From NCBI GenBank assembly GCA_035536455.1, contig DATLOC010000010.1, positions 65,544-129,543 on the forward strand: DNA of 64,000 nucleotides, in the 5' to 3' direction. The position numbers and the translations under genes are program-made. Origin of the DNA: Thermoanaerobaculia bacterium (GTDB lineage Bacteria > Acidobacteriota > Thermoanaerobaculia > Multivoradales > UBA5704). Shown here in pieces: positions 30,798 through 40,328 of this stretch (its first letter is position 1; the number at the start of each line of letters is the position of its first letter). The notes beneath the pieces are model-generated. The model ran no database searches. It saw only the letters and a program-made list of their open reading frames with translations, and had not been told where the DNA came from.

Positions 30798-31273
30798 CCG
30801 GGCCGCCCCGCCGGCGGCTTGCCGGCGCCCACGGCTTCCAGCGCCTCCGCCAGGGCGAGCGCCTGCTCGCGCGAGATCGGCCCCTGGCTCCCCACCGTGT
30901 CCATCAGCCGGCGCTGCAGCGTCTGCATCGCCACCGGGTCCATCCGCCCCTCCTCCACCGCCTCGCTGGCGGCGGCGAAGGCGGCGTGCAGGCGGGCGCG
31001 GTCCGCGTCGGTGACGTCGGGGGCGTAGCGGGCCTCGATCTGCGTCTCGGTGTACCCGAGGAGCCAGCCGAAGAGCTTCGGCCCCTGGGTGACCATGACG
31101 ATGAGGCCGATCCCGAGGACGATCAGGAGCCCCAGGCAGCCGACCAGCGCCACCTTGGCGCAGCCCGAGCCCGCCGGGTTGCGCGGCGCGCCGGGCTCGA
31201 AGGGTGCGGGCGGGAGCTGCGAGTCGTCGGGGGCGGGGCCGTCCGGCTCGGTCATCGCCGCTCTTTGTACCAC
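30794..31273 (-). CDS. Membrane-anchored hypothetical protein (single TM, periplasmic helical domain)
   Basis: TM helix VALVGCLGLLIVLGIGLIVMV. A GGGAG SD lies before the GTG at 31273. Translationally coupled to the USP gene. Confidence 0.6.
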   Translation of the reverse strand: MVQRAAMTEPDGPAPDDSQLPPAPFEPGAPRNPAGSGCAKVALVGCLGLLIVLGIGLIVMVTQGPKLFGWLLGYTETQIEARYAPDVTDADRARLHAAFAAASEAVEEGRMDPVAMQTLQRRLMDTVGSQGPISREQALALAEALEAVGAGKPPAGRPG

Positions 31274-31292
31274 GACTCCCTATAATCGCCGC

Positions 31293-33854
31293 GTGGACTA
31301 CGACCCGCCCCGCCGCACCCACGGTCCGCCCCCCGCCCCGCCGCGCCGCCGCCGACCGCTGCCGCCGGGCCGCGCCCTGCGCTGGGCCTGGCCGCTCCTC
31401 GGCGCGCTCCTCCTCGGCGCCGCCAGCGGTGTCATCTTCGCCGCGGCGATCCACGTGCCGCGCGTCGACTCGGTCGTCGACTTCACGCCCGGCCTCGTCA
31501 CCCAGCTCCTCGACCGTAACGGCAAGGTCTTCACCACCTTCGCGCGCGAGCGGCGGGTGATGCTGGAGGAGGGGCAGATCCCCAAGGTGCTCGAGAACGC
31601 CGTCCTGGCCTCGGAGGACAGCAACTTCTTCCGCCACGGCGGCGTCGACGCCTTCGGCATCGGCCGCGCCGCCCTCGCCGACCTGCGCGCCGGCGAGGTG
31701 GTCGAGGGGGCCTCGACGATCACCATGCAGCTCGCGCGCAGCCTCTTCCTGTCGCGCGAGCAGGTCTGGCGGCGGAAGATCGAGGAGGCCTTCCTGGCGG
31801 TCGAGCTGGAGAAGACCTTCAGCAAGCAGCAGATCCTGACCATGTACCTCAACCTGATGAACTTCGGCCACGGCAACTACGGCGTCGAGGCCGCCTCGCG
31901 CTACTACTTCGGCAAGCCCGCGGCGAAGCTGACGTTGGCCGAGGCGGCGACGCTGGTCGGCATCCTGCCGGCGCCCAGCCGCTACAGCCCGTACCGCCGG
32001 CCGGAGGTGGTGCTCAGCCAGCGCCAGCGCGTGCTGCGGCGGATGCTCGAGGAGGGGATGATCGACCGCCCCGCCCACGACCGCGCCGCGGCGCAGCCGC
32101 TCCTCGTCTCGCGCCAGCAGCCGCAGCAGGCCTTCGCGCCGTACTTCGCCGAGGACGTGCGCAAGCACCTGGAGGCGACCTACGGCGCCGACGCGCTCTA
32201 CGAGGGCGGGTTGCAGGTGCAGACGACGCTCGACCCGGCGATCCAGCGCTCGGCCGAGAAGGCGGTGCGCGAGGGGCTGGCGCGGCTCGACCACCGCCGC
32301 GGCTGGCGCGGCCCGGTCGCCGAGCTGGAGGGCGACCCGGCGCAGCAGACGCTCCCCTCCTGGAGCGGCGCCGAGCCGGCCGTCGGCCGCTGGCACCAGG
32401 GGATCGTGCTGGAGTCCGGGCCGAAGACCGCGACGGTGCGGATCGACAAGGGGACCTACACCCTCGAGCCCGCGGGCTTCCGCTGGACCGGCCGCACGCG
32501 GCCGGACTCGCTGCTCGATCCGGGGGACGTCGCCTGGTTCCGGCTCGACGTGCCGAAGGAGAAGGGCAAGCCGAAGGAGGGCGCCGCGCCGCGCCTCTAC
32601 CTCGAGCAGGAGCCGCGCATGGAGGCGGCGGCGGTGGTCATCGAGCATGCCCGCGGCGCCGTCCGCGCCATGGTCGGCGGCTGGGACTTTGAGCGCAACA
32701 AGTTCAACCGCGTCTCCCAGGCCAAGCGGCAGACGGGGTCGGCCTTCAAGGTCTTCGTCTACGGCGCCGCGCTGGAGAACGGCTGGACGCCGTCCGACAC
32801 CATCCTCGACGCCCCCACCGTCTTCATCGGCGCCGACGGCCGCCTCTCCTACCGGCCGCAGAACTACTACCGGAAGTACTACGGCATCGTCACCCTGCGG
32901 CGGGCGCTGGCGCTGTCGCTCAACATCTCGTCGGTCAAGCTCCTCGACCTCGTCGGGGTGCGGCGGGTGATCGCCTTCGCCCGCCGTTGCGGCGTCGACC
33001 AGCCGCTGCCGCCCTACCCCAGCCTCGCGCTCGGCACCGCGGACCTGACGCCGCTGCGCTTCGCCGCCGCCTACGCCGCGATCGCCAATCAGGGGACCTG
33101 GATCGAGCCCTACCTCGTCCAGCGCATCGCCAGCCCCGAGGGGCAGGTGCTCGAGCAGCACGTCCCCAACACCCGCACGGCGACCGACCCGGCGGTGGCC
33201 TACGTCCTCACCCACATGATGGAAGGGGTGATCGACCACGGCACCGCGACGCCGGTCAAGGACCTGCCGATCGACATCGCCGGCAAGACCGGCACGACCG
33301 ACGACTTCTCCGACGCCTGGTTCGTCGGCTTCACGCCGCGCTACACCATCCTCACCTGGGTCGGCTACGACGTGAAGAAGTCGCTCGGCGGCGGCATGAG
33401 CGGGACAGTGGCGGCGCTGCCGATGTGGCGCGGCATCGTCGAGGACGGGCTCGGGACGGGGTGGCTGACGAAGGGCGAGGAGTTCGCGGTCCCCGGCGGC
33501 GTCACCACCCGCGACGTCGAGTACTACACCGGCCTCCTGCCCGGCGCCGGCAGCCAACGCAGGCAGAGAGAAGCCTTCGTCGCCGGCACCGAGCCCTCCG
33601 GCCAGCACGGCCCGGAGTGGAACTCGATCCTGAACCTCCCCTGGTACCAGCAGAAGTCGTTCTACATCCCGAAGCAGGGGGAGGAGATGCGCCCCGCGCC
33701 GGAGGGCCCGGAGGGCGCGGCCCCACCGGGCGCCACCGAAGGCGCGGCACCGGAGGCGGGGGCGGTCGAGGAGGGCGAAGCGGTACCCCCGGTCGGCGGC
33801 GAGGAGCCGCCCGCGGACCAGCCCGCGCCTACCGCGGAGCCGCCGCCGCCGTAG
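31293..33854 (+). CDS. mrcA: Class A penicillin-binding protein (PBP1A; transglycosylase + transpeptidase)
   Basis: GT51 motifs (EDSNFFRHGGVD, TITMQLAR), transpeptidase SxxK/SxN/KTG (GKTGTT) regions, and a low-complexity Pro/Glu/Ala-rich C-terminal tail. The start is uncertain: the in-frame GTG at 31293 lies just after a TATAAT at 31281, and the upstream part of the 31050 ORF is antisense junk. Confidence 0.85.
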   Translation: MDYDPPRRTHGPPPAPPRRRRPLPPGRALRWAWPLLGALLLGAASGVIFAAAIHVPRVDSVVDFTPGLVTQLLDRNGKVFTTFARERRVMLEEGQIPKVLENAVLASEDSNFFRHGGVDAFGIGRAALADLRAGEVVEGASTITMQLARSLFLSREQVWRRKIEEAFLAVELEKTFSKQQILTMYLNLMNFGHGNYGVEAASRYYFGKPAAKLTLAEAATLVGILPAPSRYSPYRRPEVVLSQRQRVLRRMLEEGMIDRPAHDRAAAQPLLVSRQQPQQAFAPYFAEDVRKHLEATYGADALYEGGLQVQTTLDPAIQRSAEKAVREGLARLDHRRGWRGPVAELEGDPAQQTLPSWSGAEPAVGRWHQGIVLESGPKTATVRIDKGTYTLEPAGFRWTGRTRPDSLLDPGDVAWFRLDVPKEKGKPKEGAAPRLYLEQEPRMEAAAVVIEHARGAVRAMVGGWDFERNKFNRVSQAKRQTGSAFKVFVYGAALENGWTPSDTILDAPTVFIGADGRLSYRPQNYYRKYYGIVTLRRALALSLNISSVKLLDLVGVRRVIAFARRCGVDQPLPPYPSLALGTADLTPLRFAAAYAAIANQGTWIEPYLVQRIASPEGQVLEQHVPNTRTATDPAVAYVLTHMMEGVIDHGTATPVKDLPIDIAGKTGTTDDFSDAWFVGFTPRYTILTWVGYDVKKSLGGGMSGTVAALPMWRGIVEDGLGTGWLTKGEEFAVPGGVTTRDVEYYTGLLPGAGSQRRQREAFVAGTEPSGQHGPEWNSILNLPWYQQKSFYIPKQGEEMRPAPEGPEGAAPPGATEGAAPEAGAVEEGEAVPPVGGEEPPADQPAPTAEPPPP

Positions 33855-33884
33855 CCGTCTATCCCTGCAGCGCGTACGCTTTCG

Positions 33885-34196
33885 TTGTATGACGTTCCGC
33901 GTTATACTCGCGGTGTGATCCGCTCCTTCCGTTCCGCGGAGACCGAACGGATCTGGCGGGGCGAGGTCTCGCGGAAGCTGCCGCGTGACATCCAAGACGT
34001 CGCTCGGCGGAAGCTCAGGATGCTCAACAACGCGGAGAGCCTCAGCGACCTGCGAGTGCCGCCGGGCAACCGGCTCGAAGCTCTTAGAGGGCGACGCGCC
34101 GGCCAGCACAGCATCCGCATCAACGACCAGTTCCGGATCTGCTTCGTCTGGCGCGTCGGAGGCGCCGACGACGTGGAGATCGTGGACTATCACTGA
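33885..34196 (+). CDS. higB: HigB-family toxin (RelE/ParE superfamily, plasmid-killer type)
   Basis: ...IRSFRSAETERIWRGEVSRKLPRDIQDVARRKLRMLNNAESLSDLRVPPGNRLEALRGRRAGQHSIRINDQFRICFVWRVGGADDVEIVDYH. An alternative GTG start at 33915 gives the typical 93 aa. Confidence 0.85.
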   Translation: MYDVPRYTRGVIRSFRSAETERIWRGEVSRKLPRDIQDVARRKLRMLNNAESLSDLRVPPGNRLEALRGRRAGQHSIRINDQFRICFVWRVGGADDVEIVDYH

Positions 34197-34210
34197 AGGA
34201 CGAACGCCCA

Positions 34211-34512
34211 TGGCAGAGCGACTGCCCAACATCCATCCCGGCGAGGTGCTGCTCGAGGAGTTCCTGGCGCCGCTCCAGTTGAGCCAGAACGCCCTCGCGC
34301 GCGCTCTCGGTGTACCACCGCGGCGGATCAACGAGATCGTCCTCGCCAAGCGGGCGATCACGCCGGATACCGCGCTGCGGCTGGCACGCTACTTCGGCAC
34401 CTCGGAGCGCTTCTGGCTGGGGCTGCAGGCCGACTACGACCTCGAGGAGGCACGCCGCGGGCTCGGGGCTCGCATCCAGCGAGAGGTCAAGCCTCGGCAG
34501 TCGGCGGCTTGA
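34211..34512 (+). CDS. higA: HigA antitoxin (XRE-family HTH)
   Basis: MAERLPNIHPGEVLLEEFLAPLQLSQNALARALGVPPRRINEIVLAKRAITPDTALRLARYFGTSERFWLGLQADYDLEEAR. Toxin-first HigBA order. Confidence 0.85.
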
Positions 34513-34876
34513 GCGGAAGAGAGGCTAGGCTTTCGTGATCACCGCGTGGTCCGGGCTTCCGCTAATAGGCGGGTGAGCGGAGGGACGGGGTAGGGGAAAA
34601 GCTACTCGTCGAGAGGTCGCGCAGGAGGGTGCTGCCGGTCCTGCCAGAACCGTCCCGACCAGTCCGGCCGTCAGACTAGGCCGCCGCTCCATTCAACCTC
34701 CGTCTGGAGGTGTCTCCTGAGCATCTCTTTCCAGCCGTCGAGCGCCCACTCCGCCAACTGTGGAGGTTTCAGGTCCATATCGAACCCAAACTGCCCTCGC
34801 GCCATGGTGAGAACGGTGACCTGGGATCCGACGCGAGCCACGACAATTCCTCTCTTTCTCGGATCGCGAAGACAGT

Positions 34877-36055
34877 CTATGATTTCACGCTGCCGCCCTT
34901 GGTCCCAATCACCGCGTAGTCCTGGCTCCCGAACAGCAGGTCGTCGAGGCGGTCGCGGAGGCGGTTGACGCGGTCGGCGAGCTCGTACTGCGCGGGGGGG
35001 AGGGTCGCGAGGTCGATCTCGGGGAGGCGCTCGGCGTCGGCGAAGGGGCGGAGCTCGAGGTGCTCGACGGCGGCGAAGCCGGCTTGCTGGAGGAGGAGCT
35101 GCAGCGCCTCGGGGTGCACCGGGCGGACATGCGTCGGGTCGAGCCAGAAGTTGCGCGCGGCGACGACCAAGGAGAGCGGGTTCGGGGTCTCGAGGATCAG
35201 CACGCCGCCGGGGCGGAGGGCGCGCCAGGCGAGGCGGACGAGGCGGTCGAGCGCCTCGGGGGGCAGGTGCTCGACGACGTGGAAGGAGACGACGGCGCCG
35301 AGATTTCCCTCCTCCACTCCCGCCAAGTGCGCGAAGAGGTCTCCGGCCGCGGCGTCGAGCCCGCGCTCGCGGCAGAGGGCGACCATGCGCTCGCTCGAAT
35401 CCACCCCGCGCGCCGCCACGCCGCGCTCACGCAGCAGGGCGAGCGCCTCGCCGCGGCCGCAGCCGAGGTCGAGCACGTTGTGCTTCCCTTCCAGGTACGG
35501 CAGGTAGCGGGCGATCCGCTCGCCGATCTCCTCCTCGGTGCCGCGGTAGCGCCGCTCGAGCTCGAAGTAGGCGTGCTCCTCGCGGGCGCGGGCGAGGGTC
35601 TCTTGGGGAGGCGCGGCGCCCCCTTCCAGCGCGGCCAGTGCAGCGCCGAGGCTGCCGAGTAGGTCGCGCGCCTCCCGTCGGTAGCCGTCGAGCTTCTGGT
35701 CGACGCGCGCGAAGAGGGCGTCGTTGTGCCGCATGATCTCGGTCAGGCCTTCGGCGAGCGTGCCTTCGAGCGGCAGGAGGCGGGCGCCGTGCCAGGTCTC
35801 GACGGCCTTGGCGCGCTCCAGGTGGTCGAGCAGGATGAGGTTGAAGACCCGCTGCCGCTCCCAGAGGTCGTTCTGCGGCACCTTGACCAGCGGGCGGAAG
35901 AGCCGCTTCCAGCCGACCAGAAAGCGGCCGAGGAGGCCGCGGTGGCTGCGGATGGGGAACTCGCGGTCCCCCCGCCACAGCCACCGCCAGGAGTCGATGT
36001 CGCGGGTCGGCTCGGTGAGGAAGTCGTCTAGTGAGGGCGGCCGGTCGTCGCTCAC
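34877..36055 (-). CDS. Class I SAM-dependent methyltransferase (Methyltransf_11/12-like)
   Basis: VLDLGCGRGEALALL motif I. About 190 aa N-terminal extension. 4-bp overlap with the rplI stop. Confidence 0.7.
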   Translation of the reverse strand: MSDDRPPSLDDFLTEPTRDIDSWRWLWRGDREFPIRSHRGLLGRFLVGWKRLFRPLVKVPQNDLWERQRVFNLILLDHLERAKAVETWHGARLLPLEGTLAEGLTEIMRHNDALFARVDQKLDGYRREARDLLGSLGAALAALEGGAAPPQETLARAREEHAYFELERRYRGTEEEIGERIARYLPYLEGKHNVLDLGCGRGEALALLRERGVAARGVDSSERMVALCRERGLDAAAGDLFAHLAGVEEGNLGAVVSFHVVEHLPPEALDRLVRLAWRALRPGGVLILETPNPLSLVVAARNFWLDPTHVRPVHPEALQLLLQQAGFAAVEHLELRPFADAERLPEIDLATLPPAQYELADRVNRLRDRLDDLLFGSQDYAVIGTKGGSVKS

Positions 36056-36498
36056 TCCGCCCGCACGACGGTGACGGTGACCTCGGCGACGACGTCGTGG
36101 TGGAGCTCGACGCGCACCGGGTGGTCGCCGAGGGTCTTGATGCCGCCTTCGAGGTCGATGCGCCGGCGGTCCACCTCGATCCCCTCCTTGGCGATCAGGT
36201 CGGCCACTTCGCCGGCGGTCACCGAGCCGTAGAGGGTGTCGGTCTCCCCCACTCGCTTGGGAATCGTGAGGCGCAGGCCGGCCAGCCGCGCCGCCACCTC
36301 GGCGGCGGCGTCCTTCTCGCGCTGGTGGCGGGCGTCGATCTTGTGCTTCTGCTGCTCGAAGTAGGCGCTGTTGGCGGTCGTCGCCTCCAGCGCCAGCCCC
36401 TGCGGGATCAGGTAGTTGCGCGCGTAGCCGGGCTTGACCTCGACCACCTGGCCGCGGCGGCCGAGGTGGCGCTGGTCGCTCATCAGGATGACTCGCAT
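36052..36498 (-). CDS. rplI: 50S ribosomal protein L9
   Basis: MRVILMSDQRHLGRRGQVVEVKPGYARNYLIPQGLA... is the canonical L9 N-domain. 148 aa. Confidence 0.95.
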   Translation of the reverse strand: MRVILMSDQRHLGRRGQVVEVKPGYARNYLIPQGLALEATTANSAYFEQQKHKIDARHQREKDAAAEVAARLAGLRLTIPKRVGETDTLYGSVTAGEVADLIAKEGIEVDRRRIDLEGGIKTLGDHPVRVELHHDVVAEVTVTVVRAE

Positions 36499-36507
36499 GG
36501 TCCCCTC

Positions 36508-36804
36508 CTAGTCCGTCGCGAAGGGGATCAGCGCCAGGTGGCGCGCCCGCTTGATGCCCTGCTGCAGCAGCCTCTGGTGGCGGGCGCAGGTGCCGGAGAT
36601 CCGCCGCGGCAGGATCTTCGAGCGCTCGGGGATAAACCCCGCCAGGAGCTTGACGTCCTTGTAATCGACGTAGTCGATCTTGTCGGCGCAGAACTTACAG
36701 ACTTTGCGGCGGCGGTAGAAGACCTTCTTCCCCTTGGCGCCCTTGGCGCCCGCCTTGCCCGCTCCCCTGCCGCCTGGTCCGCGGCCGCCTGTGCGTGGTG
36801 GCAT
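36508..36804 (-). CDS. rpsR: 30S ribosomal protein S18
   Basis: KVCKFCADKIDYVDYKDVKLLAGFIPERSKILPRRISGTCARHQRLLQQGIKRARHLALIPF. Confidence 0.95.
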   Translation of the reverse strand: MPPRTGGRGPGGRGAGKAGAKGAKGKKVFYRRRKVCKFCADKIDYVDYKDVKLLAGFIPERSKILPRRISGTCARHQRLLQQGIKRARHLALIPFATD

Positions 36805-36807
36805 GGC

Positions 36808-37224
36808 TTACTCCTCCCTTCCGGGCCGGTCGCCCTCGCGGGCGGCGGGTGCGGCGACGGCCTCGGCAGTGGGAGGCGCGCTGGTCTCGGCCGACGGCTC
36901 GGGGATCAGCGGCTTGCCCGCGCGCTTGAGGTCCTGGTCGGTGCGCACCGACAGGTAGCGCAGCACCTTGTCGTTCTGGTTCATGCGGTGCTCGACGTCG
37001 GCGAGGGTCCGCGTCCCGTTCTCGCTGGAGAGGTAGAGGACGACGTACTTGCCTTCGGTGAGCTTCGAGATCGGATAGGCCAGCTTGCGCCGGCCCCAGC
37101 TCTCCTCGCGGTTGATCGTGAGACCCCCGCCGGTGAGCATCTGCTTGTACTCCCCGGTCAGCTCGACGACTTCCTCGTCGGTGACACGTGGATCGACAAC
37201 GAACACCAACTCATAGGTACGCAT
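36808..37224 (-). CDS. rpsF: 30S ribosomal protein S6
   Basis: MRTYELVFVVDPRVTDEEVVELTGEYKQMLTGGGLTINREESWGRRKLAYPI. GGGAGGTG SD before the ATG at 37224. The ORF-track extension to 37383 is read-through. Confidence 0.92.
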   Translation of the reverse strand: MRTYELVFVVDPRVTDEEVVELTGEYKQMLTGGGLTINREESWGRRKLAYPISKLTEGKYVVLYLSSENGTRTLADVEHRMNQNDKVLRYLSVRTDQDLKRAGKPLIPEPSAETSAPPTAEAVAAPAAREGDRPGREE

Positions 37225-37434
37225 GGGATTCCTAGGCACCTCCCTATGGCCTGGCAGCCCCGCTGCGAGATGGCGCGGAGCAGAGAGGAACGGGATGCAG
37301 GCCCGGCAGGACCGGCCCGCGGCGAATGAGAGGCGCATTATACACGGGCGGCGGGCGAACCCAGCGAGTCGGCCGCCGAACACCGTGGATCCACGGCGGA
37401 ACCGAGCGGTTCGGCGGGCGAACCGGATGGGTCG

Positions 37435-37995
37435 CTAGCCGTTGAAGCGGCTCATTGCCGCTTCGGGGCCTTCGCGGGCCCAGGCTTCGCAGGCGTCGGC
37501 GGCGCGGGCGATCATTTCCGCGGCGGTCTCGCGCTCTTCGGGGGCGAAGGGGGAGAGGACGTAGTCGGCGATCACGTCGCCGGCCGGGGGGCCGTCGGGG
37601 CCGGCGACGCCGCAGCGCAAGCGGGGGACCTGGTCGGTCTGCAGGCTCTCGAGGATCGACTCCATGCCGCGGTGCCCGGCCGGGCTGCCGGCGAGGCGCA
37701 GGCGGAGGCGGCCGAGCGGCAGGGCGACCTCGTCGTAGACCACCAGCAGCGCCTCGGGCGGGAGCTCCCAGCGCTCGACCAGGCAGCGGGCGGCGTAGCC
37801 GCTGCGGTTCATGTAGGTCTGGGGCCGCGCCAGGGCCAGCTCGGGGTCGGGCACCACGAGCGCGTTGCACTCCAGGCGCTCGGGCGGCGACCCCCGCCGC
37901 CGCGCCAGCTCCTCGACGACGCGGAAGCCGACGTTGTGGCGGGTGTCGCGGTAGCGCTCCCCCGGATTGCCGAGGCCGAGAATCAGCTTGAGCAC
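37435..37995 (-). CDS. pth: Peptidyl-tRNA hydrolase
   Basis: LKLILGLGNPGERYRDTRHNVGFRVVEELARR...YMNRSGYAARCL...GHRGMESI. Probable GTG start at 37995. The longer ORF overlaps rplY. Confidence 0.85.
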   Translation of the reverse strand: MLKLILGLGNPGERYRDTRHNVGFRVVEELARRRGSPPERLECNALVVPDPELALARPQTYMNRSGYAARCLVERWELPPEALLVVYDEVALPLGRLRLRLAGSPAGHRGMESILESLQTDQVPRLRCGVAGPDGPPAGDVIADYVLSPFAPEERETAAEMIARAADACEAWAREGPEAAMSRFNG

Positions 37996-38039
37996 GCGGT
38001 CCAGGGCGCGAAGGCTTTCGCGCCGGGCTCCGATCGCTC

Positions 38040-38693
38040 CTAGGCTTCCTCTTCCGGCTTCCCGCCCTTCTTGATGACCTCCGGCTCCGCCGGCTCGGCG
38101 GCCTCCACCTCTTCGGCCGGTTTCTCCTCGATGCGGGCGTGCGACACCGAGACGATGACGCGCGCCGGGTCCTCGAGGAGCGTCACGCCCGGCGGCAGCT
38201 CGAGCTGCCGGGCCTCGACGTGCTGGCCGACGTGGAGCGCCGAGACGTCGAGTTTGATGTGCTGCGGGATGTCGCCGGGGAGGCACTCGACGTGGAGCGC
38301 GCGGGTGACGAAGTCGAGGATGCCGGCCTCGTTCTTGACGCCGTAGGGGAGGCCTTCGACCTCGACGTGCACCTCGACGCGCACCTTCTGCGACATCTCG
38401 ATGCGCTGGAAGTCGATGTGGACGATGTGGCGCTGCAGCGGGTCGATCTGCAGGTCGCGGATCATGGCGTGCCGCTCCTTGCCGGTCTCGCCGAGCTTGA
38501 GCAGGAAGACGGCGTTCTCGCTCCCCGCCTTCTTGAGCAGGTCGAGGACGGTCTTGCGGTCCACCTCCAGCGGCACCGACTCGCGGCCGCCGCCGTAGAG
38601 CACCGCCGGGATGCGGCCCTGGGCGCGGAGCTGGCGGTTGGTGTTCTTGCCCTTGGTCTCGCGCTTCTGCACTTCGAGGGTCAGTTCGCTCAT
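38040..38693 (-). CDS. rplY: 50S ribosomal protein L25 / general stress protein Ctc
   Basis: MSELTLEVQKRETKGKNTNRQLRAQGRIPAVLYGGG... with a C-terminal acidic tail. 217 aa. Confidence 0.92.
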   Translation of the reverse strand: MSELTLEVQKRETKGKNTNRQLRAQGRIPAVLYGGGRESVPLEVDRKTVLDLLKKAGSENAVFLLKLGETGKERHAMIRDLQIDPLQRHIVHIDFQRIEMSQKVRVEVHVEVEGLPYGVKNEAGILDFVTRALHVECLPGDIPQHIKLDVSALHVGQHVEARQLELPPGVTLLEDPARVIVSVSHARIEEKPAEEVEAAEPAEPEVIKKGGKPEEEA

Positions 38694-38732
38694 GGTCTCC
38701 TCACTTCCATTCCATTCTGACGGCGAGCACGC

Positions 38733-39674
38733 CTAGACGAAGAGCGAGCTCACCGAGCTGTTCTCGTGGATGCGCCGGATCGCCTCGCCCAGGAGCGGCG
38801 CGACCGACAGCGGCCGCAGCTTGCTCGAGCGGGCGAGCTTCTCGTCGAGCGGCGTGGTGTTGGTGATCAGCAAGGCCTCGATCGGCGAGGCCTCGAGGCG
38901 CTGCAGCGCCGGCCCCGAGAGGATGCCGTGCACGCCGGCTGCCAGCACCCGCTGCGCGCCCTCGCGCTTGAGCGCCTCGACGGTCTTGGTCAGGGTGCCG
39001 GCGGTGTCGATGATGTCGTCGACGACGAGGCAGTTGCAGCCGTCCACGTCGCCGATGACGCGCAGCACCTCGGCCTCGTTGGGGGCGGTGCGCCGCTTGT
39101 CGACGATCGCCAGGCCGACCTCCAGCCGTTTGGCGATCGCCCGCGCGCGCTCGACGCCGCCGGTGTCGGGCGAGACGATGACCAGCTTCGGGACGTCCAT
39201 CTCGCGCACCGCCTCGAGCAGCACCGGCGCGGCGAAGAGGTGGTCCACCGGCACGTCGAAGAAGCCCTGGATCTGGTCGGCGTGGAGGTCCATGGTGAGG
39301 ACGCGGTCGGCGCCGGCCTTCGAGATCAGGTCGGCCACGAGCTTGGCGGTGATCGGCACCCGCGGCCGGTCCTTCTTGTCCTGGCGCGCGTAGCCGTAGT
39401 AGGGCAGCACGGCGGTGATCCGCGAGGCCGAGGAGCGCTTGAAGGTGTCGAGCAGGATGAGCAGCTCCATCAGGTTCTCGTTGACCGGCGCCGAGGTGGG
39501 CTGGACGACGAAGACGTCCGAGCCGCGGACGTTCTCGTCGATCTGGCAGAAGGTCTCGCCGTCGGAGAACTTGTAGCCCACGACGTTGCCCGCCTCGATG
39601 TTGAGGTATTCGCAGATTTCCTGCACCAGGGCGGGGTGGGCGCGCCCCCCGAATATCTTCAGCTCGCCGGGCAT
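38733..39674 (-). CDS. prs: Ribose-phosphate pyrophosphokinase (PRPP synthetase)
   Basis: KIFGGRAHPALVQEICEYL...SDGETFCQIDENVRGSDVFVVQPT...DLHADQIQGFF...CNCLVVDDIIDTAGT. Confidence 0.95.
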   Translation of the reverse strand: MPGELKIFGGRAHPALVQEICEYLNIEAGNVVGYKFSDGETFCQIDENVRGSDVFVVQPTSAPVNENLMELLILLDTFKRSSASRITAVLPYYGYARQDKKDRPRVPITAKLVADLISKAGADRVLTMDLHADQIQGFFDVPVDHLFAAPVLLEAVREMDVPKLVIVSPDTGGVERARAIAKRLEVGLAIVDKRRTAPNEAEVLRVIGDVDGCNCLVVDDIIDTAGTLTKTVEALKREGAQRVLAAGVHGILSGPALQRLEASPIEALLITNTTPLDEKLARSSKLRPLSVAPLLGEAIRRIHENSSVSSLFV

Positions 39675-39687
39675 GGTCCCTCAGGTT

Positions 39688-39761
39688 GGTTGGGGCGGGA
39701 GGATTCGAACCTCCGGTGCCAGATCCAAAGTCTGGTGCCTTACCACTTGGCGACGCCCCAG
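39688..39761 (-). tRNA. tRNA-Gln (anticodon TTG), 3' CCA encoded
   Basis: Reverse complement TGGGGCGTCGCCAAGTGGTAAGGCACCAGACTTTGGATCTGGCACCGGAGGTTCGAATCCTCCCGCCCCAACCA. The 7-bp acceptor stem pairs U1:A72. Anticodon loop CUUUGGA. T-loop GGAGG-TTCGAAT-CCTCC. Closely matches E. coli tRNA-Gln. Confidence 0.9.
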
Positions 39762-39820
39762 TGCCGAAGCCGTGCCTTCATGGCCGGCGCCGCCGTCTTC
39801 CTCCGCCGGATGATACGGGC

Positions 39821-40225
39821 TTACGTGATCGTCCAGAACGAATCGCGGAGGTGCATCTCCTGGATCTCCTCCAGGCTCTTGTCCGGCGGCGGCTGCATAA
39901 CGGCCGGCGGCGCTTCCGCCGCCCCGTTGTCGGGCCGCCGTTGCACCCCTTCGGCGGGACGCTCGCCGCGCTCGGCCAGCACCCGCTCGTACTCTCCCAG
40001 GATGCGCGTCTCGATGACCCGCCGCGTCTCGTTGTTCAGCGGGTGCGCCACGTCCTTGAACTCGCCGTTCTTCTTCTTGCGGCTGGGCATGCTGATGAAG
40101 AGGCCGTCCTTGCCGTGGATGATCTTGATGTCGTTGACCATGAAGCAGTGGTCGAAAACCACCGAGACAAAGGCCTTCAGCTTCTCTTCCTGCACCGGGA
40201 ACACCTTCACCTCGGTGATCTCCAT
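39821..40225 (-). CDS. spoVG: Septation protein SpoVG with a roughly 40-aa C-terminal extension
   Basis: MEITEVKVFPVQEEKLKAFVSVVFDHCFMVNDIKIIHGKDGLFISMPSRKKKNGEFKDVAHPLNNETRRVIE. GGAGGAAG SD before the ATG at 40225. Confidence 0.85.
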   Translation of the reverse strand: MEITEVKVFPVQEEKLKAFVSVVFDHCFMVNDIKIIHGKDGLFISMPSRKKKNGEFKDVAHPLNNETRRVIETRILGEYERVLAERGERPAEGVQRRPDNGAAEAPPAVMQPPPDKSLEEIQEMHLRDSFWTIT

Positions 40226-40328
40226 CGCCTCTTCCTCCACCCCCTCCGAGCGCGCCGGCGCCTGCCGGCGATTCCTAGATGGCGCGTCTACGGGAGAGAG
40301 CCAATGCTATGTGAAGTCGGCAGATAGA

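Noticed and set aside
31050-31292. N-terminal 80 codons of the PBP1A ORF (MYPRSQPKSF...)
   Set aside because: It overlaps the convincing minus-strand membrane-protein gene and is Pro/Arg/Ser/Gly-rich. The PBP more likely starts at the in-frame GTG at 31293.
29868-34361. 1497-aa minus-strand ORF
   Set aside because: Only its 3' 930 nt (the USP gene) is coding. The rest is antisense to PBP1A.
34710-34919. 69-aa ORF in the higA-methyltransferase intergenic region
   Set aside because: No SD and poor codon bias. It overlaps the methyltransferase 3' end.
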